A DNA stretch of 31,130 nt from Promethearchaeota archaeon Loki_b32. Its GTDB lineage: Archaea > Asgardarchaeota > Lokiarchaeia > Sigyniarchaeales > SOKP01. Position numbers and translations under genes: made by a program. The notes under the pieces are model-generated. The model did not search any database. It was not told where the DNA came from and was given only the letters and a program-made list of their open reading frames with translations. Every line of letters starts with the position of its first letter. Position 1 is the stretch's first letter. The stretch spans positions 1-31,130 of the forward strand of contig NJBH01000041.1 in NCBI GenBank assembly GCA_005223125.1, given 5' to 3'. This document shows, one piece after another, positions 19,401 to 25,416 of the stretch.

Positions 19401-22300
19401 AAGACATGCTTGATAAAAGGCTCAATTATATCTTCCCCCATTTCTTTAAAAATTCCCTTCATATGATCTAAATAATCCCGGCTCTGAGTCATTTTAAATA
19501 TTATATCACCACCAGCTTTTCCTAATTTACTAAGGAAACCTTCGATGTACCAGGGGGGATATTCCTCTTCAGATGCTTTCTTAAGTTTATCCAAAAGATG
19601 AGAGTTTGGGTTTTTATAAATCTGTACTACATCCTTCTTATCTAGAATTTTAATAACTTCGAAATTAAATAAATCCCTTATTTCTTCATAAGACTTATTT
19701 ATAATGAACTCAATAATTTCCTTTTTTGCCAAATCTTCATTCTCTTCTGCAATTTCTTTAATAGGATAAGCAATGGTATCCATTTCCATATAATCAAATT
19801 TTTCATTTAATAATTGTAATAATACTTTCAAGCCAAATTTTCCTAATTTGCCAAATTTACCTATCAACCAATCAATTGTCTCCCCTTCTTCTACGAAGTC
19901 AATATAATACATAAATTTTCTTACAAACTCCTTTATATCAAAATCAGAAAATAACTCATGAATTTCAGCGCTTGGTAAAAAATCAAGAATATTTTCAGAA
20001 AAGAGATGAAAATATAAAAGGTCATTTTTTTGGGTTGTTAATAATTCCAGAATTTCTTCCTCAATACTTCCTTTTATTTGATTTAACGTTTTGAATAAAT
20101 AACTCCGATATAAAAATTCAGGATCAAAATTTGAACTTTTCCACTGCGTTATAAATAGGTTAAACATAAAGATAACAGAATTCTGCGAGATTTCTTTGTT
20201 TATTTGATCAATTAGAGAAGTAATTTGCACTTTATGATCATTATAGGCAAAATATCCTCCTTGCATAAGATTATAGAGAAATTGTAGCTTCTCTTCTCCT
20301 ATAATAGTATCTAACTTACTATTAACATAATTAAGTCCCCCTTGTCCCAAGTTTTCAAGCATATAAGATGCTTTAGACTTGATATGTGGATCATCGTGAT
20401 CAAGTATATTCAATAGAATTTCAAAAAAATGAGAGCGTGGATCATTAGTAATAACTTGAAGCTTATCTATTTTTAAGCGATAAAATACCCCACTGTCTAT
20501 AATCTTTAGAAGTTTCTCGATATCAGATGTCTTAAAACATTCTTCAAAAGTCTTAATTAAAATAATAGGAGCGGCTTCCGCTATTTGTTTTAAAGCCGTT
20601 TTTGCAGTGGAAATATTCTTATTTAAATCAGCTAATATTTTTTCTAAGATTTCCTGAGAAATTGAACTTATAAGAGTCTCGAATTCACCCTCAAGGAGGA
20701 AGCTAAAGAATTCATTTCCCATTAAATAAATCAATTTTTCGATATCAATTTTTTTTATCCAATCAATAAGCGTCTCTTTTTGTCTATCAGATAAATATTG
20801 AGAAACTATATTAAAACTCCTTATAATAACACTAGCATCTTCTTTTTCAAGTTCTTTTATTATATTAGGAATATAATTGAATTCTTGATCTCTTAGTAGT
20901 TCTTGTTTTTCATCACTTGAAAGAAAATCTAAGAAACCATTTCTAGTAAAAGAACTGAATTTATCTATTGGTAATTTTAAGAACCAATGTTTCAATCTAA
21001 CTATTAAATCTTCGGGTATATAATTTATTATATTCTTGAAAGCTTTTGTTAGATGATAAATATCCCTCTTTTCTAAATGTCTTGTTAATTTATGGAAAAA
21101 ATTATAATCTGGATCTAGAAGGAAACTGTCTACCATATCTTTGTCAAAAACTCCTAAAACTCCCTTTTGAAACAATAGTAAAGAATCCGTAAATTTTATT
21201 GTTTTCATCCAGGTTAAAACATCTGATTTTAGGTTCTCAGAAGCAAACCCAAGAGCTTGAATGAGGATATAAGCATCATGTTCTTTTTCTCTTGAATAAA
21301 TGCTTTTTTTCAAGGCATTTTGAGAATACCAATTTATCAATTTTTCATTTAATATCTTCATTATATTATTTTTTTGATTTTCATTCACAAAATCCAACAG
21401 AGGTTTCTTCGAAAAGATACCCCCATTTAATAGATCTATAAAAGCTTCAAAATCTCTATCAGGTAAATCATGGATAATACGGTCTTTATATTTATCGGGG
21501 AGATACTCAAATAAATTCTGAAGTGCTCTGGTAGCTGTAGTATTTGGATGTCGAAACCGACTAGACTTAAAACCACTAAGAAGGGTTTCTATTAAATTGT
21601 CATCAATAAAGGCTTTTTTATATTTATCTTTAAATCCTTCAAAAAAACCAGCTCTTATTAAAGTAATTTTTATCTCAGGATCTCTATATTGAAACCATTT
21701 TAGCACCCTGTTATAGAATTGTTCCTCAGAAATAGACCTTAAAGGCTTGTAAAATGCATCATTATAAGGTATAGAATGTGGATGATCAATACAATTTAAA
21801 AATATATCCAATAAATTTAACGTAGGTCGTTGATATAATTCTTTAATTTGCGACTCATCAAAATAATTTAAATACCTGCCAAGAACTAAGAATTTAATGA
21901 CAGGACGGTAATTACTTTCTAATCTTTTGATAATTTCTTCTTGAAAAACCTTTTGCGCAATAGGATCTCCCACATCACTTAACTTTCGTAGCAAGGGGAA
22001 AGCGATATTCCGGTGTAACAATCGAGTATCATAATTACTTTCTGTCCACACTTGTAAATTAGAGGAATGTCCCCAAAACTCTGCGTCTTCTGGAATTTTT
22101 TTCTTGGATTTTTCTGATTTTTCTATCTTTTCTTCCAATTCATCAATAGATGTAATTTCTTCAAGAGATTTCATTTCTGAAACAGGAATATCTATAAGTA
22201 AACGGCGACATTGATTAAATCGCTTATTATTTACATAAATATTCGTCTGATTATTTTCAAGCTTTAGACTTAAATACTTATTAACTTTAAATTCTTTCAT
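16472..22300 (-). CDS. 1942-aa protein with two copies of the Loki-type 'FKVN...QC...FWxH[CS]SN...LLH' domain and extensive alpha-helical repeats
   Basis: Domain copy 1 is at the N-terminus. Copy 2 begins at ~19021 (YQINDNISLRLE...FTQC...EFWAHCSNIQAW...LLHSNIAFPLLKKL). About 70-aa helical repeats follow. No TM segment or signal peptide is evident. Confidence 0.85.
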   Translation of the reverse strand: MKEFKVNKYLSLKLENNQTNIYVNNKRFNQCRRLLIDIPVSEMKSLEEITSIDELEEKIEKSEKSKKKIPEDAEFWGHSSNLQVWTESNYDTRLLHRNIAFPLLRKLSDVGDPIAQKVFQEEIIKRLESNYRPVIKFLVLGRYLNYFDESQIKELYQRPTLNLLDIFLNCIDHPHSIPYNDAFYKPLRSISEEQFYNRVLKWFQYRDPEIKITLIRAGFFEGFKDKYKKAFIDDNLIETLLSGFKSSRFRHPNTTATRALQNLFEYLPDKYKDRIIHDLPDRDFEAFIDLLNGGIFSKKPLLDFVNENQKNNIMKILNEKLINWYSQNALKKSIYSREKEHDAYILIQALGFASENLKSDVLTWMKTIKFTDSLLLFQKGVLGVFDKDMVDSFLLDPDYNFFHKLTRHLEKRDIYHLTKAFKNIINYIPEDLIVRLKHWFLKLPIDKFSSFTRNGFLDFLSSDEKQELLRDQEFNYIPNIIKELEKEDASVIIRSFNIVSQYLSDRQKETLIDWIKKIDIEKLIYLMGNEFFSFLLEGEFETLISSISQEILEKILADLNKNISTAKTALKQIAEAAPIILIKTFEECFKTSDIEKLLKIIDSGVFYRLKIDKLQVITNDPRSHFFEILLNILDHDDPHIKSKASYMLENLGQGGLNYVNSKLDTIIGEEKLQFLYNLMQGGYFAYNDHKVQITSLIDQINKEISQNSVIFMFNLFITQWKSSNFDPEFLYRSYLFKTLNQIKGSIEEEILELLTTQKNDLLYFHLFSENILDFLPSAEIHELFSDFDIKEFVRKFMYYIDFVEEGETIDWLIGKFGKLGKFGLKVLLQLLNEKFDYMEMDTIAYPIKEIAEENEDLAKKEIIEFIINKSYEEIRDLFNFEVIKILDKKDVVQIYKNPNSHLLDKLKKASEEEYPPWYIEGFLSKLGKAGGDIIFKMTQSRDYLDHMKGIFKEMGEDIIEPFIKHVLINENNYRYGDWGYEFINIFFDIFTQDQIKAIIENKEYNIINRLLEKYNPSDRWANHGIEDFFYIAFQNLDQEYIIKINNMLPDSLKQEILQIYEESAYHSSSRYASPEQIMRSQKAKKLVELLKSKIYQINDNISLRLENEKTILYIKDRRFTQCMQLLLNIPIKEIPDYDGIESVDEASEIYSNTERDHVSTEISPEEEFWAHCSNIQAWVENNYDTRLLHSNIAFPLLKKLADQGVIKAKNLFKEEVAKRLLNGNYSVITYLWNQRYLSNFTEEELKTLFEDFDFAKLSKWKEKERNNWLKKLIDKGIKGARTFFKDHIISLIEAKDWKTFSDILKPYHHGVSLKIFTTEELEIIFRDFDYISFLSSEKERRLIDLKLLSSLGISKAKEIFKQEIRKILLNGNVRDVNNLFSNNYLDVFEEEEIDNLLKRFDFQRILNYEYTSLSILRGISKYNKSLAKNYIKEEIEKQFYRGNYKQINTIVNKHYLHDFFTEEEQKSIVKKINFDNLKKDGSHSFLNLLTRLNHLVPVIYKRELENIFLSEGSNTIKLILERNYLKVFSKEELIAIFKEFDFNKVDLSLLKELTKLGVPRVINKFRERRACSDKLADLKKEIISKFETGDYKSLNEMFRKHRYGDTFRDSRLNDLIQEDFEEIFEALNKSDTFKKSFEFSLQKQDPPFSIPIKVIASNIEQTVNTARELFNELASKIFTNSPLNIIAFLSRPEYLKFFEEKEFTEIFSFKNEHIKSEIIKALKEDISAPLPLIVLKKLVDSGDKDAKSYLKENLVRLISTSSYSVIRFLNDDGFLNYLEDLDTELQLYIAFSPDLDYSKIFPKLKSPALVDLVDKDIQESFMKTVNKLQEKERIWIREDELEPFKDAILSFGIDAFKGLTVLYLRDSRSLQVLAVECILKLYRTHKNIVTHDTKQKLGHFFHESFKPYYKLFKDEIQAVEEYGKLLLEYKKEYNELKFARFH

Positions 22301-22332
22301 TTAGTCATTTACACCTTAAACTCCATATCCTC

Positions 22333-22713
22333 CTACATTTCATTAAGCACATGCAGTAAAATCAATTCATTTTTTATGACAGTTGTACGCTTATCACCAT
22401 AGGAGTACCTACTAAGCACATCATAAGCTTCGCATTCAAATTCTGCATAGGGCTCATCACCCCAAGAGGCCGTACAATAGTCCATCAAATAAAGATCATA
22501 TTCATCTAAAAGATCATCAAATTCAATTGAATCTTCAAACCAATCTCTAATCTCATCCATATTTTTGCTAAATTCATCTTCCCAATTACTCGATAGACCA
22601 ATTTTTCTGAATAACTCCCCTAAACCTTTGCCCTTTCGAGATGCTAGAAGAATTGTAGCGCTAACTGAACTTGAATTTGTAATAAACCCTTCTAATATTT
22701 TTATTATTCTCGT
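22333..22713 (-). CDS. TNSSS-motif protein 2 (126 aa, acidic); probable ACG start
   Basis: The frame extends 51 codons upstream of ATG 22560: (ACG)RIIKILEGFITNSSSVSATILLASRKGKGLGELFRKIGLSSNWEDEFSKN-MDE. AGGTGA lies 9 nt before the ACG, with an in-frame TGA just above. Confidence 0.82.
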   Translation of the reverse strand, partial: TRIIKILEGFITNSSSVSATILLASRKGKGLGELFRKIGLSSNWEDEFSKNMDEIRDWFEDSIEFDDLLDEYDLYLMDYCTASWGDEPYAEFECEAYDVLSRYSYGDKRTTVIKNELILLHVLNEM

Positions 22714-22717
22714 TTTA

Positions 22718-23137
22718 TCAATTCACCTTTATGTCTTTTAAATACACCAAAATGGATCTGATAAACCTTCCAGTTTTAACTCTATATTTTGGATTTTGAA
22801 CTAAATAATCTAATTTTTCTTCACTAGCACCTAATAGTAAGAGAAGATCAGCTCCAACTAACATTTCAGGAGTAATTGAATTTCTAAATAAATCAATGTG
22901 TTTTTTACTCAATTCATATAACTCTAAATTCTCTTTTGCAAAAAAAATATCATAGTAGTTTTCTAATTCTAAAATACTTGAGTCTATCACGTTTTTGTTG
23001 ATTAATGATTGAATATTTTCAATATCTAGCATAAATTTATCTTGAAAAGAATTTGGAATCTTAAGGAAGCTTAACAAATTCCCTAAATCTGATTCTTTTC
23101 GGAGTGCTAAAATAATCACAGAAACTGTATTCTTCAA
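22718..23137 (-). CDS. Motif-less paralog of the TNSSS proteins (139 aa; TTG start at 23137 preferred, ORF track 23164)
   Basis: VSVIILALRKESDLGNLLSFLKIP aligns with SATIIIALRKGRDLVEAMKKIGVP. It shares L..YYDI and VGADLLLL with the paralogs. AGGTGA precedes the TTG. Confidence 0.75.
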   Translation of the reverse strand: MKNTVSVIILALRKESDLGNLLSFLKIPNSFQDKFMLDIENIQSLINKNVIDSSILELENYYDIFFAKENLELYELSKKHIDLFRNSITPEMLVGADLLLLLGASEEKLDYLVQNPKYRVKTGRFIRSILVYLKDIKVN

Positions 23138-23151
23138 ATTCTCACCTTCAT

Positions 23152-23526
23152 TTAATACATACAACTCTCGTTAAAATATAAGAAAATCAAATCTTTTCCG
23201 CTTTTCTCTTCAAGAGTATAAGCCATCCATCTTAAAGCCTCAAGTTCTTCATAAGGGATTTCATAAAAATCATCACTATCCATTGTCAAGATATCGTTAA
23301 TTAATATATCATATTCATCTGTCAAATGGTCAATCTCAATCTCATAATCTTCAATATACTCCAAATTATCTGTAAAATTATAAAAATTTTCTGGTAAATC
23401 ACTTGGTACTCCTATTTTTTTCATCGCTTCCACAAGATCTCTTCCTTTCCGTAAGGCGATAATAATTGTCGCACTATCACTACTAGAATTCGTAACAAAT
23501 CCGTCCATTATTCTAATAATTCTCAA
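23152..23526 (-). CDS. TNSSS-motif protein 1 (124 aa, acidic)
   Basis: MRIIRIMDGFVTNSSSDSATIIIALRK. The TTG start overlaps the radical SAM stop (TTGA). GAGGAG RBS 8 nt upstream. Confidence 0.88.
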   Translation of the reverse strand: MRIIRIMDGFVTNSSSDSATIIIALRKGRDLVEAMKKIGVPSDLPENFYNFTDNLEYIEDYEIEIDHLTDEYDILINDILTMDSDDFYEIPYEELEALRWMAYTLEEKSGKDLIFLYFNESCMY

Positions 23527-24743
23527 ATCTCAATCTCCTCAACCATATTTAGAGTATTCAATTCTTTACCCTTTTCCTGGCAAAATACAATACCAGGTTC
23601 TATTGGACAACCACCAAAACAACTTAAGAAATGGTCACATGTCTTACAACCTTCATAACGAGGATTTATTAAAATTTTTCTGAACCTCTCGAATGATTCC
23701 CAAGCATTTACTATATCCATACCCTTCAAGTTAATTCCTTGATTGATTTGCATAAATGAGCATGGCTTCATATTTAAATTCCAATCAATATAAGCAGAAT
23801 ATATGCCTCCTGTACATCCTTCAATAGATTGTGGTAAAAAGGGAAAATCTTTTACAATAAAGGAAGAACAAGCATCAATACTCAAGCGCAATCCGTACTT
23901 TTTTCGAAAGCTTAAAATTTTTATAAGCTCTAAAGATAATTTCTTTTTATCATTTGAATCTAATATTTCATGGCTTAGATTTGCGCCCCTTCCCATTGGT
24001 TTGAATAATAACAATACAACGTTTGAAATTCCTAATTTTGCATATTTTTCTGTAATTTCTGAGAGTTTTGGAATTCGTGATTTTAACAATAATAAATGCA
24101 TATTTGTCTGTATCCCATGGCTTAGAAACTTTCTAGTCGTTTCTATGGTCTCTTTGGTTCTTTTTTCAGAATGGCTTACAGCGACTGCTCCACAGTACTT
24201 TTTTGAAGCATTAAGAATTTCCTCAGTTAAGTTTGTGCCATTAGTTGTATAATTAGGAATTATACCACCTTTTATTCGTAATTTTTCTAGAATTTCTGTA
24301 AAGTGTGGATGAAGTGTTGGCTCCCCACCCCCTAATGCGATTTGTAAAACTCTACTTTTTTTCATTTTTGTGAGGAGTAGATTGAAATCTTCCATTGAGA
24401 GATTTCTACCCTCTTCTATAGATTTTGCTGACATATAACAGTAATTACAACTTAAATTACAATAATTATTTAAAGAAAGATCTATTAATACCGGGGATTT
24501 TGTAATAGGAGCAGTAAATTGAGGGTTGTCTTTTATTGTTGGATCTATACGCAGCTCTATTTCTTTAGGATAATTCTGATTAAAGAAAAACTTGGAAAAT
24601 TTCAACTCTTTTTCATTCAACGGCTTTTTCTGTAGGTATTTGAGTAAAGTTATAAATCCCCCTCTATCAACCATCACCATTCTGCCATTAGTTTGGTTGA
24701 AGTATACTCCTCCAAACGACTCATTCCTTAAGATGATTTTCAA
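23523..24743 (-). CDS. Radical SAM / SPASM-domain protein with RRE (PqqD/MftB)-like N-terminus
   Basis: CNLSCNYC (CxxxCxxC), GGGEP, YTTNG, KPMGRG. SPASM cysteines CTGG...MKPCSF...CKTCDHFLSCFGGC...C. N-terminal LRNESFGGVYFNQTNGRMVMV. Confidence 0.93.
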   Translation of the reverse strand: MKIILRNESFGGVYFNQTNGRMVMVDRGGFITLLKYLQKKPLNEKELKFSKFFFNQNYPKEIELRIDPTIKDNPQFTAPITKSPVLIDLSLNNYCNLSCNYCYMSAKSIEEGRNLSMEDFNLLLTKMKKSRVLQIALGGGEPTLHPHFTEILEKLRIKGGIIPNYTTNGTNLTEEILNASKKYCGAVAVSHSEKRTKETIETTRKFLSHGIQTNMHLLLLKSRIPKLSEITEKYAKLGISNVVLLLFKPMGRGANLSHEILDSNDKKKLSLELIKILSFRKKYGLRLSIDACSSFIVKDFPFLPQSIEGCTGGIYSAYIDWNLNMKPCSFMQINQGINLKGMDIVNAWESFERFRKILINPRYEGCKTCDHFLSCFGGCPIEPGIVFCQEKGKELNTLNMVEEIEI

Positions 24744-24878
24744 TTCAATTTTTCACATTATTTTTGTCTTATAATACCTAAGGATAGTTATAAATAAAAA
24801 TTATTTCAATTCCTTGAGTGTTGAATTTTTCTGATTTCAAGCTATAATTGTATTAGCTGTATTTTACTTCAGAAAATT

Positions 24879-25100
24879 TTATACAATAAAAAATGAGTGA
24901 CTTGATTTTATTTTTTTATACCTCCTTTCCCTATAAAGTTCATGTTCCCCTTCCTTTTCATACACATCCTGAAGACCTAACCAAATTTTAACTAAAGTAG
25001 GATTAGTATTAATAGCACTTTGAAGGAGTTTGAACGCGTCATCAACTTTCCCTTGAGCCAATAACTCTTGTAAAGCCTGATCAAAATCACGATGGAACAT
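24879..25100 (-). CDS. Small TPR-like helical protein, possibly the remnant of a longer TPR gene
   Basis: QGKVDDAFKLLQSAINTNPTLVKIWLGLQDVYEKEG fits a TPR consensus. The same frame upstream reads ...HHTL*ELGNRYF... with two TAA stops. Confidence 0.45.
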   Translation of the reverse strand: MFHRDFDQALQELLAQGKVDDAFKLLQSAINTNPTLVKIWLGLQDVYEKEGEHELYRERRYKKIKSSHSFFIV

Positions 25101-25416
25101 CCTGAAAATTACTGAATTTGAGGAGGGTATAAATATAAAAGGAAATTATATTAAAATTTGGGAGAGTTCTTTATTTGTTACTTCTAATGTAAAGTATCTG
25201 TTTCCGAGTTCTTATAATGTATGGTGGTAGTTTATATGATTAATACATAATCAAATTTTTTCTTTTTTTGTATGTTTAATAATCTGAGTTAAGGTTTTAT
25301 TTTTATAAGGATTATTTTTAGTTTTTAACTAGAAAATTTTATTTCTTTTAAGGAATTATATTAATTCAATAATTTCATTTGATTGATTAAATATATAACA
25401 GTCTTTTGGTATCAAT

